64,000 bases of DNA from an uncultured Acidobacteriota bacterium (GTDB taxonomy: Bacteria; Acidobacteriota; Thermoanaerobaculia; Multivoradales; JAGPDF01). Location: NCBI GenBank assembly GCA_963781755.1, contig CAWAGZ010000013.1, forward strand, positions 65,749 to 129,748, read 5' to 3'. The notes below the pieces were generated by a model that did no database searches, was not told where the DNA came from, and worked only from the letters and a program-made list of their open reading frames with translations. Of this stretch, positions 39,192-49,623 are shown in pieces (the stretch's first letter is position 1; each line of letters opens with the position of its first letter). The translations under genes and the position numbers were made by a program.

Positions 39192-41138
39192 ATGTGTATC
39201 CAGCGTGCTCTCCGAACCGTTCTTGGGCTCGCCGCCGGCCTCTTGGTGTGGAGTCTTCCGGCCCGAGCCACCACGATCGTCCCGATCGCCGACCCCGTCC
39301 TGGTGGATCGGGCGCCGGTCATCCTCGTCGGGCGCGTGGTCGGCACCCTGCCCAACGCCACGAACAAGCCTCAGACCCAGTGGGTCGTCTCGGTGCTCGA
39401 CGTGCTCAAGGGTCAGGTGGACGGCAGCCCGATCGTCGTGCGCGAGCTCGGCGGCGACACCGCCAACGGCAGGCACCTGACGATCTACGGCCAGCCCGAG
39501 TTCGGGAGCTACGAGAAGGTCCTGCTCTTCCTCCGGCCGCGGGCCGACGGCACCTGGGGCATCGAGCAGTACCTCCAGGGCGCCTTCCACGTCGTCTGGT
39601 TGGGACGCCGGCACACGGCGGCCGTGCGCGACCTTTCGGAGGTCGAGGTGGTGGGACGCGGCCGCCACCGCGGCACGCCGCGGATCCGCGACTTCGACGA
39701 ATTCACCGACTGGATCCGCGACCACGTCGCGGGCGCCCAGACGCAGCGCAACTACATGTTCCGACCCAACAACCACGAGCGCCAGGGAGTCGCCGGCCGC
39801 TTCGCGCTCCTCGACAACGACGGGCTCAACCTGCGTTGGTTCGAGTTCGACGGCGGCGGCTCGGTGACCTGGAAGGCCCATACCGGCGGACAGCCCGGCC
39901 TGCCGGGGGGTGGCTACACGGAGTTCCAGACCGCGCTGGCGCTGTGGACCGACGAGCGGACCACTCCGGTCAAGCTCGTCTACGCCGGAACGACCGGAGC
40001 CTCGGGCGGCTTCCAGACCTTCGACCAGCAGAACGTCCTGCTCTTCGCCGACCCCAACAACGACATCGATGGCGCTTTCAGCTGTGGCTCGGGAGGCACT
40101 CTGGCGATCGGCGGGCCCTGGTCCAACTCCAACAACACCGGGCTGTGGGACGGCAACACGTACGTGCGCATCCAGGGCGCCGACATCGTCACCAACGACG
40201 GGATCCAGTGCTTCTTCAACCGCTCCAGGCACAAGTCCCAAGCGGGCGCCGAGCTGTTCGCGCACGAGGTCGGCCACACGCTCGGCCTCGGTCACTCGCA
40301 GAAGCAGCAGGCCCTGATGTACTACCAGATCCACGACGACGGCCGCGGCGCGCGCCTCGACCCCGACGACGTCGCCGGGCTCCAGGCGCTCTACAAGCGC
40401 GGGTCGCACGGCGGGGGCGGGGGCGGCGGGAGCGGGCACTGCCCTGCCGGCGCCCTGTGCCTGCTCCACGACCGCTTCCGGATTACCGCGACCTGGCAGA
40501 ACCAGTTCGACGGCAGCTCCGGCACCGCCGGCGCCACGCCGGCCTCCGACATCTCCGGCTTCCTCTACTTCACCAACCCCGCCAACACGGAGCTGGTCGT
40601 CAAGGTCGTCGACTTCGGCGACGTGGTCAAATTCTTCTGGGGACAGCTGACCAATCTCCACTACACGATCAAGGTCCTCGACACGGCCAACAACGTCACC
40701 AAGACGTACACGAACACGCCCGGGGACTGCGGCGGCTTCGACGACTCGGGCTTCCCATCCGCCGGCAACCCCGCCGCGCCGCCCCCGTACAACGGCGACA
40801 CCCAGGGCAGCTGCCACGCCAACTCCCAGACGCTCTGCCTGCTCAACGACCGCTTCGCGGTGCGAATGGACTGGCACAACCAGTTCAACAACACGAGCGG
40901 CACCGGCATCGCGCACAGGCTCTCGAACCTGACCGGCGCCTTCGCCTTCACCAATCCGGCCAATCTGGAGATCCTGATCAAGACGCTGAACTTCGGCGAC
41001 CACGTCCTGGTCATCTACGGCGCGCTCTCCAACCTCGAGTACACGCTCACCGTCACCGACACCATCGGGGGGCAGGTCAAGACGTACCAGAACCCCGCCG
41101 GCCAGTACTGCGGGGGACTCGACAACAACGCCTTCTAG
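39192..41138 (+). CDS. Secreted metzincin-like zinc metalloprotease, paralog 2 (tandem duplicate; ~85% aa identity to paralog 1).
   Basis: Same architecture; HEVGHTLGLGHS...ALMYY; the 3' ~330 bp is >90% identical at the DNA level to paralog 1. Confidence 0.8.
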   Translation: MCIQRALRTVLGLAAGLLVWSLPARATTIVPIADPVLVDRAPVILVGRVVGTLPNATNKPQTQWVVSVLDVLKGQVDGSPIVVRELGGDTANGRHLTIYGQPEFGSYEKVLLFLRPRADGTWGIEQYLQGAFHVVWLGRRHTAAVRDLSEVEVVGRGRHRGTPRIRDFDEFTDWIRDHVAGAQTQRNYMFRPNNHERQGVAGRFALLDNDGLNLRWFEFDGGGSVTWKAHTGGQPGLPGGGYTEFQTALALWTDERTTPVKLVYAGTTGASGGFQTFDQQNVLLFADPNNDIDGAFSCGSGGTLAIGGPWSNSNNTGLWDGNTYVRIQGADIVTNDGIQCFFNRSRHKSQAGAELFAHEVGHTLGLGHSQKQQALMYYQIHDDGRGARLDPDDVAGLQALYKRGSHGGGGGGGSGHCPAGALCLLHDRFRITATWQNQFDGSSGTAGATPASDISGFLYFTNPANTELVVKVVDFGDVVKFFWGQLTNLHYTIKVLDTANNVTKTYTNTPGDCGGFDDSGFPSAGNPAAPPPYNGDTQGSCHANSQTLCLLNDRFAVRMDWHNQFNNTSGTGIAHRLSNLTGAFAFTNPANLEILIKTLNFGDHVLVIYGALSNLEYTLTVTDTIGGQVKTYQNPAGQYCGGLDNNAF

Positions 41139-41198
41139 GCCGGCTGCGCAACAGATCACAGAGGGCTCACCGCGGCTGCTTCTAACATCCAGGGCACG

Positions 41199-42260
41199 AT
41201 GTCCCGATCCGTTCGCGTCGTCCTGCGCGTCGCGCCCGTCGCGGCCCTGCTGCTGGCGGCGCCCGCGCTGGCCCAGCCCGTGCTCGACGGCTGTCCCGTC
41301 CTGCCCAAGAACAACATCTGGAACGCGCCGGTCGACGCCCTTCCCGTGGCGGCGAACTCGGCCGCCGTGATCCAGTACATCAACAACCACGGCGCCACCC
41401 ATCTGCACCCCGATTTCGGCTCCGGGCTCTACCAGGGGGCGCCGATCGGCATCCCCTACGTCGCGGTCCCCGACGCCCAGGCGATGGTCCCGATCGACTT
41501 CTCGACCTACGGCTGGCCCGACGAGAGCGATCCCGGCCCGTATCCGATCCCGGTCAACGCTCCGATCGAGGGCGGACCGAGCTCCGACGGCGACCGCCAC
41601 GTGCTCGTTCTGCGGCAGAACGCCTGCATCCTCTACGAGCTCTACTACAGCTGGCCGAACGGTACCGGTCCGTCGGGAGAGCCGTCGTGCGTCGAGCCGG
41701 GCGGCTGGTGCGGGGCCTCGGGGGCGCTCTACGATCTCCACTCGAACGCGCTCCGTCCGGACACCTGGACCTCGGCGGACGCCGCCGGGCTGCCCATCCT
41801 GCCCGGACTGGCCCGCTACCCGGAGGACGCTTCGGGCGAGATCCGTCACGCGCTGCGCTTCACCGTCTCCGTCACCCGCCACAGCTACGTCTGGCCCGCG
41901 CGCCACGAGGCCGGCTCGACCAACGACGCCGCCGCGCCGCCGATGGGGCTGCGCCTGCGACTCAAGGCGAGCTTCGACCTCTCCGGCTTCTCGCCCCAGA
42001 CCCGCGTCCTGCTGCTGGCGCTCCGGAAGTACGGCCTGATCCTGGCCGACAACGGCTCCAACTGGTACCTCTCGGGAGCCCCGGACGACAACTGGGACAA
42101 CGACGCCCTGGTCTCCGAGCTGGCCCAGGTTCCGGGCAGCGCCTTCGAGGTCGTCGACGTCTCCTCGCTCGAGCTCGACCCGGACAGCGGCGCCACGCCC
42201 CACCTCTTCTCCGACGGCTTCGACAGCGGCGGCACCGGCCGCTGGACCCTCGGCCCCTGA
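41199..42260 (+). CDS. Secreted protein of unknown function downstream of the protease pair.
   Basis: Signal peptide (AALLLAAPALAQP); no recognisable catalytic motif; Gly/Pro/Trp-rich. Confidence 0.6.
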   Translation: MSRSVRVVLRVAPVAALLLAAPALAQPVLDGCPVLPKNNIWNAPVDALPVAANSAAVIQYINNHGATHLHPDFGSGLYQGAPIGIPYVAVPDAQAMVPIDFSTYGWPDESDPGPYPIPVNAPIEGGPSSDGDRHVLVLRQNACILYELYYSWPNGTGPSGEPSCVEPGGWCGASGALYDLHSNALRPDTWTSADAAGLPILPGLARYPEDASGEIRHALRFTVSVTRHSYVWPARHEAGSTNDAAAPPMGLRLRLKASFDLSGFSPQTRVLLLALRKYGLILADNGSNWYLSGAPDDNWDNDALVSELAQVPGSAFEVVDVSSLELDPDSGATPHLFSDGFDSGGTGRWTLGP

Positions 42261-42284
42261 ACGGAACCGGGCGCTGCCGGAGGC

Positions 42285-43244
42285 TCAGGCCCGCGACGGA
42301 ACGGAGCTCCGCCAGGCGGCAGCGAGCGGGCCGGTGAGGACGATCTCCGGCTCGAGCTCGATGCCGAAGCGCTCCGCGACCGCGCTGCGGCAGCGCAGCA
42401 TCAGATCGAGGACGTCCGCGGCGCGCGCGCCGCCGGTGTTGACGATGACGTTGGCGTGCTCGAAGCTGATCTCGGCGCCGCCGGCCCGGGAGCCCTTGAG
42501 GCCGCAGGCGTCGATCAGGCGCCCCGCGTGGTCGCCGGGCGGGTTCTTGAAGATCGACCCGGCGTTGGGCCGTCCCGAGGGCAGGGAGGCCCAGCGCTTG
42601 GCGTTGAGCTCGTCGATGCGCGCCGTGAGGGCCGTGGGGTCGCCGGGAGCGAGGTCGAACAGGGCGCGGGTGACGACGGCGCCGCTGCGCTCGAGGTTGG
42701 TCGCCCGGTAGGCCGGCTCGAGGTCCGCGACGCGGACGCGCCGGCGGGTCCCGTCGAGCTCCACCAGCCGCGCCGAGAGCAGGACGTCCTGGATCTCCGT
42801 GCCGTAGCAGCCGGCGTTCATGTACACGGCGCCGCCCACCGTCGAGGGGAAGCCCGAGAGCGCTTCGAGCCCGGCCAGCCCGGCCTTCGCGGTGCGCCGG
42901 GCGACCTGGGCGAGCACCGCACCGGCGCCCGCCGACACCCGCCGGCCCCGGATCCGGACCCGGGCGAGCGAGCCCCCGAGCCGCCCCACCACCCCGCCCA
43001 GTCCCTCGTCGGGGACCAGGACGTTGGAGCCCAGGCCCAGCAGGTGGAAGGCCAGGCCGGCGCCCCGGAGCGCGCCCAGCAGCGCCACCAGGGCCGGCTC
43101 CGTGTCGATCTCGACCCAGACCTCGGCGGGACCGCCGATGCGCAGCGTGGTGCGGCGGCTCAGGGGCTCCGCGGCCCGGATGCGCAGGCCGGGGACGTGC
43201 CGCAGCGCCGCCACCAGGTCCTCGGCCGCGCCAGTCGGAGGCAT
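42285..43244 (-). CDS. murB: UDP-N-acetylenolpyruvoylglucosamine reductase.
   Basis: Internal Met of track ORF 42285..44219: FAD-binding TTLRIGGPAEVWV...LGLGSNVLV, and the C-terminal GGAEISFEHANVIVN. Confidence 0.85.
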   Translation of the reverse strand: MPPTGAAEDLVAALRHVPGLRIRAAEPLSRRTTLRIGGPAEVWVEIDTEPALVALLGALRGAGLAFHLLGLGSNVLVPDEGLGGVVGRLGGSLARVRIRGRRVSAGAGAVLAQVARRTAKAGLAGLEALSGFPSTVGGAVYMNAGCYGTEIQDVLLSARLVELDGTRRRVRVADLEPAYRATNLERSGAVVTRALFDLAPGDPTALTARIDELNAKRWASLPSGRPNAGSIFKNPPGDHAGRLIDACGLKGSRAGGAEISFEHANVIVNTGGARAADVLDLMLRCRSAVAERFGIELEPEIVLTGPLAAAWRSSVPSRA

Positions 43245-43370
43245 CGGGATCCGTCCTCTCCAGTGCGATCTCGGCGCCGGGCGGACCTTCCGGCCGGGCC
43301 GTGTCGGGGGTAGTATAGCGGCGTAAGAAGGACGGAAAACAGGGATCTCACCAGACGAAAGGATGCCGGA

Positions 43371-44413
<1,043 letters not shown>

Positions 44414-44417
<4 letters not shown>

Positions 44418-44911
44418 GGCGCGGAGGCCCCGGCTGCGGGGCGCCGGTGTCGCGCCGGCCGCGCCGCGGGGAGGCCCGGCGGCGGGGCCTGCGGCAGGCG
44501 ATCGCCGCGCTCGCGGCGATCGTCGCCGTCGCTGCTCCGGCCGCGGCCGACCGGGCCGCGCCCCGACTCGAGCTGCGCGCCTCCGGTTGGTCGGTCGCCG
44601 GCCACGCCATCGAGCTCACCCTCGATCAGCACGGCGCCTTCGCGGGTCTGCCCCTCACGGTCAACGTCGCCGTGGACGGCCGCTCGACCGACCGCATCTC
44701 GACCCGCGGCGGCGAGACCCGCTTCCGCCTCGCGGACCCGGGCTGGACACCCGGGATTCACGAGGTCGCCGTCAAGTGCGGCACCGAAAACGACCGCGTC
44801 GCGATCCGCGTCCTGCCGGCGTGGACGCCGTGGGCGGCTGGCGGGGGTCTGGCGGCGCTGGCCGCCGGCGTGGGACTCGGCGTGCGCGCCCGGCGCACTC
44901 GGCGACTCTGA
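44414..44911 (+). CDS. Hypothetical membrane-anchored/secreted protein after recA (not RecX-like).
   Basis: GTG overlapping the recA stop; signal-like [17 protein letters not shown] and a C-terminal hydrophobic segment; weak support. Confidence 0.3.
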
Positions 44912-44921
44912 CCGGGGAGCC

Positions 44922-46076
44922 CTATCCGCCGCCCAGGCGACGCCACCAGGGGCGTTCCTCGGTCTTCGCGGGCTCTTCCGCTCCGCGCGGGGCCGCGGAC
45001 GGGGCGGGTCCGCGATCGGGTGCCGCGGCGGCCTGCCGATCGAGCACGTCCAGCGACGCCGGCAGGAGCGCGACGTTACCCTCGCGGAACTGCAGGACGA
45101 GGCGGTCCATCCGCGCCGCCCGCTCCTCCACCGGCACCGCGCCGAACAGCGTGGCGAGGTCGGTACCGCCGTCCACGCGATCGAAGAAGTCGCGCAGGCC
45201 GTCGCTCCACCGCTGCTGCTCGGCGCCGCCCGGCTTGTGCACCCAGATCGGCACGCAGTGCTCGATGGCGTCGAACGGCAGCGAGAGGTGATGACGGAAG
45301 AGGACGGCTCGCTCCTCGGCCACCTGCTCGAGCAGCAGGTCCGCCAGCCGCAGCTCGGTCGATCCGCTGTCGGCGGGCTCGTTGACCTCCTCGATGTCGA
45401 GCACGCCGGCGACGGTGAGCCGGTAGGCCGATTCGAGGAACCGGAACCAGGAGCCGCGGACCTCGTTGTAGAGCTCGAGCAGCGAACGGGTGCCGTCGAC
45501 CTCGTCGAGGATCCGGCGCTCGAGAGCGGTCGGGCGCGGCGGGGTCTTCTCGCCCCGCCTCAGGACGATGTTGTCGTGGACGAACAGCCGCCGGATCCGG
45601 GCGTACTCGTCGGCGCGGCGGCTGCCCTCGAACGCCAGCGCCGCGGCGGGCAGCGGCGTCGGCAGGACCTGGCTCGCGGGCAGGGTCTCGTTGGTGAAGT
45701 AGAAGATGCCCGACTTCCAGAGGAACAGCTCGCAAACCTGGTCCTCGACGTGGGTCCCCAGCGTCTGCTGGACCCGGCGCCCGGTCAGCAGCCCGAGCCG
45801 GTCGAGCGCGGTTCCCAGCAGCACCTTGTCGCGCTGGCAGACGCGCAGGGCTTGAACCAGTCCGTCCTGGTCGACGTACCCCTGGGCGAGGAGGAATTGG
45901 CCGTAGAACTCGACCGGGTCGCTCGACAGGCAGGCGACCACCTCGCCCTCGTGGAAGTAGACCCGCTTCTCGGTGCCGCTCCGGCGCACCACGAGGGACC
46001 CGGAGCGCCGATCGTTGTGGGCCCAGGAGAGCAGATCGGCGATCGGAAAGGCTGCGAGCCGGCCGGAGAACTCCAT
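44922..46076 (-). CDS. DUF4388 domain protein (PATAN-like N-terminal domain).
   Basis: MEFSGRLAAFPIADLLSWAHNDRRSGSLVVRRSGTEKRVYFHEGEVV matches the DUF4388 signature; start taken at the internal Met of the track ORF. Confidence 0.7.
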   Translation of the reverse strand: MEFSGRLAAFPIADLLSWAHNDRRSGSLVVRRSGTEKRVYFHEGEVVACLSSDPVEFYGQFLLAQGYVDQDGLVQALRVCQRDKVLLGTALDRLGLLTGRRVQQTLGTHVEDQVCELFLWKSGIFYFTNETLPASQVLPTPLPAAALAFEGSRRADEYARIRRLFVHDNIVLRRGEKTPPRPTALERRILDEVDGTRSLLELYNEVRGSWFRFLESAYRLTVAGVLDIEEVNEPADSGSTELRLADLLLEQVAEERAVLFRHHLSLPFDAIEHCVPIWVHKPGGAEQQRWSDGLRDFFDRVDGGTDLATLFGAVPVEERAARMDRLVLQFREGNVALLPASLDVLDRQAAAAPDRGPAPSAAPRGAEEPAKTEERPWWRRLGGG

Positions 46077-46143
46077 GATGGGTTGGTATGTTACCTGCAC
46101 GCCGCGCCCACTCGGTAAGCAGCTCGACCGGAGGGACTTCGTC

Positions 46144-49075
46144 TTGTCGAAGAAATCGCACGCCTTCTTCCCGGCGATCCTCGCGTTCGCCATCGCCCCT
46201 GCCGCCCTGGCGGCCGGAACGCCGTGCGCCCCCTGTGGGGGCCTGAGCGTGGCCGATCCCTACGCCCTCATCCCCGCCCTCTCGGCGGCTCCCAAGATCG
46301 ACCCCGAGGCGCGCCTCTACGTCGCCTGGGACGTCGACCTCGACGCCGCCGCGACGCCGGCGGCGGGCCACGCGCTCGCCACCGCCGGCGCCACGCCGTG
46401 GCTGCGGCTGGTCTTCCGCGCCGCGCCGCCGCTGTTCGACCACCTGGACGCCCTCCAGGTCGAGCTCGACACCGCCGCCGCCCTGGCCGCGATCGCGCAT
46501 CCCGAGGGCCCATTTCGAGGTCGTCTGGCGGCCGCCCGGCGATCCGGCGACGGCACCGTCCGCCCAGGAGTACGCCTTCCTGATCAAGCGCGCCGCCGTG
46601 GCCCTGACCGGCGCGGACCCGGACGCCAAGGTGGTCGCCGGTCCCCTGCCCGAGGACCCGGCGTGGCTCGAGGAGTTCTACGGACAGGACGTGGCCGCCT
46701 ACGTCGACGCGCTCGCCTTCCCGCCCGCCGACGAGGCGACCGAGCGGGCCCTGGTCGAGGCCGCGACGACCCTGGATCCGGGCAAGACGCTCGTCCTCGA
46801 GGGCGTTGCCCTGCCCGATCCGCGCCCGCGCCTGTTGGCCGAGGCGGCCCGGGCCCAGGCCCGCGGCTTCGGCGTCACCCTGTTCGCCGCCGCCGGCCCG
46901 CTCACCGCCGCCGACGTCGCGCCCCTGGCGCTGCTCGCCGACGAGTTCCGCGGCGAGCTCTCGCTCGACCCGGGAACCCGGCCCACCGGCGCGCGCGAAG
47001 CCTGGAGCTTCGTGCGCGGCGAGGACCTCGCCCTGCGCGTCATCGTCGACAACCCGGACGGGTCCGACAGCGTCTCGCTGAGCTTCCCCGATCCGCAGCT
47101 GCGTGACCCGGAGCGGGTCCTGCCGGACGGCGAGGTGGTTCCGCTCTCGGGCTACCGGCGCACGCCGTCGGCCCTCCAGGTCGAGGTCGCCGACCCGGGC
47201 CCGGCCGCGATCCTGCGCGTCCAGCGGGCGTCGATCCAGGAGCTCGAGGGGGTCGCCGAGGAGGTCACCGTCAACTCCCGGCGCCAGATGCCCGTCGAGG
47301 AGATCCTGCGCCGGCTGCAGTCGTTCGAGGACGCCCAGAACCGGCGCGTCCGGCACTGGCGGGCGGTCAACTCGACCACCCTGCGATTCCAGCTCGCTTC
47401 CGGCGTCCAGACCATCGAGGCGACCTTCGAAGGCGAGATCTTCTACCGGCCGGGCGAGCCGTTCGACTGGGTGTGGAAGAACTTCTATCTCAACGGCGTC
47501 AAGTGGCGGGGCAAGTCGATCCCCGAGATCCCGCTGGTGCAGCCGGAGAAGGCCGCCGCGATGCCGCTCGAGATCCTGTTCTCGAAGGAGTACCGCTACT
47601 CGCTGGCCGGCACCGACACCGTCGCGGGACGCGACTGCTGGGTGGTGGACTTCGAGCCCAACGCCGCGGTCCAGGCGGGCACGACGCTCTACCGCGGCCG
47701 AGTCTGGATCGACCGCGCCACCTACGCTCGGGTCCGGACTCGCGCGGTGCAGCTCGGCCTCCAGGGCGAGGTCCTGTCCAACGAGGAGACGCTCGACTAC
47801 ACCCCCGTCGACGCCGAAGGACGGCCCACCGACTGGGGCGCCGGAGCTTTCGTGCTGCCGCTGCACACCACCGGTCAGCAGGTGCTCTCGGTGGTCAACA
47901 CGGCGACGGTGGTCGAGAAGGACGTCCGGATCACCGGCGTGGTGGTCAACGGCCCCGACTTCGACGAGCAGCACGAGCGCGCCCTGGCCTCCGAGGCGAC
48001 CATGGTGCGCGACACCCAGGGGGGCCTGCGCTATCTGGTCAAGGAGGGCGCCGCGCCGGGCGGGCGCGTGGTCCAGGAGGGCTTCGACACCAGCAAGCTC
48101 TTCGCCCTGGCCGGGATCTTCTACGACGACTCGCTCTCGTACCCCTTGCCCCTCGCCGGCGTGAACTACTTCAACCTCGACTTCCACGGCAACAAGCGCC
48201 AGCTCAACGCCTTCTTCGGCGGCGTGCTCGGCATCGTCAACTACGCCGACCCGCGCTTCCTCGGCTCCAAGGTCGATCTCGGCGCCGACTTCTTCGCCAT
48301 CGCCATCGCCTCCAGCGACCAGGTCTTCCGCGACGGCAACGAGGTCCAGGCCGAGGAGGTCAAGGAGCTGCCGGCGCGCACCCGGCTCAACTTCGGCTTC
48401 CCGCTCGGGAACTTCGTCAAGGTGTCCTCGTCCTACGAGCTGTCTTACTCCCACTACTCGCGCGCCGACCACACCGCGGACGACTTCGTCCTGCCCGAGA
48501 ACCACTTCACCCACCACCTCGGACTGGGAGTCCAGTACGCCCGCGCCGGCTACCGCCTGAACCTCGAGGGCGCCTGGCACTCGCGCTCGAAGTGGGATTT
48601 CTGGGGCCTGCCGGGCAACCCCGAGTTCGACCCCGCGACCAAGACCTACACGACCTGGGAGGTGACCGCGTCGAAGAACTTCTACCTCACGAAGTTCCGC
48701 AAGATCGGCCTCGAGCTCGACGCCTTCGGCGGCAGCGACCTGGACCGTTTCTCGAAGTACCAGTTCGGCTTCTTCGGCTCCAACCGGGTCCACGGCTACC
48801 AGATCGGCAAGGTGAAGGCCGAGAAGGGCTACGCGGCGCACCTGACCTACGGCTTCGAGATCGGCAACCTGCTGCGCCTCGACGCGGTCGGCGACGCGGC
48901 CTGGGCGACCGACCGCAGTGCCGGCCTGGAGCGCGAGCTGCTGGCCGGCGCCGGACTCCAGGGCAGTTTCATGGGCCCCTGGGAGACGCTGGTCCAGGTC
49001 GACGTCGGCACCCCCGTGGCCGGCCCCGACACCGGGATCGTCGCCTACGTCGTCTTCCTGAAGCTGTTCAAGTGA
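46144..49075 (+). pseudogene. Large secreted outer-membrane protein: signal peptide + TIM-barrel-like N domain + LolA-like middle + C-terminal beta-barrel ending LKLFK. It is split by a +/-1 frameshift near 46505-46515; the intact downstream part is track ORF 46598..49075.
   Basis: Frame A (TTG 46144, GGAGGGA SD) gives MSKKSHAFFPAILAFAIAPAALAAG...LDTAAALAAIAHPEGP, then Arg-rich garbage. Frame B gives natural sequence from FEVVWRPPGD...EYAFLIKRAAVALTG onward. The switch is at a TTT run (cccatttcgagg). A C-terminal aromatic residue and alternating amphipathic strands indicate an OM beta-barrel. Confidence 0.5.
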
Positions 49076-49287
49076 ACCGGAAAGACGAAAGGCCTTCATA
49101 GAAGGGTCGGGGGGAACCCGGGGCGAGGCGCTGCGCGGTCCTCCTCCCGCCGGTTCCCGCTCCGGGTGCGCGTGCCGGCGGCGGCAAGGGCGCGGCGGCC
49201 GTCTCGCCGCCCCCCCGCGCCGAAGGCGCAACAGCCGTTCCGTCCTTCCCTTCTATGGCAGTCTCTGTCCGGCGGGAGACGATTCCG

Positions 49288-49590
49288 ATGATCGAAGACG
49301 AAGACGACGACCCGGGGAGCACGGAAGACGGGGTCGTCGAGGTGGCGTTCGGCGACGTGCTGGACCTGCACGGCTTCCCGCCCAAGGACATGAACGAGAT
49401 CGTTCGCGACTACCTCGACCGGGCCCACGCCGCGGGCCTGCGCCACGTCCGCATCGTCCACGGCAAGGGGATCGGGGTGCAGCGCGAGGCGGTCCGGGCG
49501 CTGCTGGCGCGGGACCCGCGCGTCGCCGGTTTCCGCGACGCGCCGGGCGAGCACGGCGGCTGGGGTGCGACGCTGGTCGAGCTGCGCTAG
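49288..49590 (+). CDS. Smr (small MutS-related) domain protein.
   Basis: LDLHGFPPKDMNEIVRDYLDRAHAAGLRHVRIVHGKGIGVQREAV Smr motif. SD GGGAGA before the ATG at 49288; the track start 49255 lacks an SD. Confidence 0.65.
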   Translation: MIEDEDDDPGSTEDGVVEVAFGDVLDLHGFPPKDMNEIVRDYLDRAHAAGLRHVRIVHGKGIGVQREAVRALLARDPRVAGFRDAPGEHGGWGATLVELR

Positions 49591-49623
49591 CCTTCCCTGG
49601 CGAGGAGCTCCCCGGAGCCCGCC

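Noticed and set aside
43245-43370. A search for a LexA/SOS box upstream of recA.
   Set aside because: No CTGT-N8-ACAG, GAAC-N4-GTTC or GGTT-N10-ACC-type palindrome could be seen. Only a TAGTAT -10-like hexamer is present, so no operator is called.
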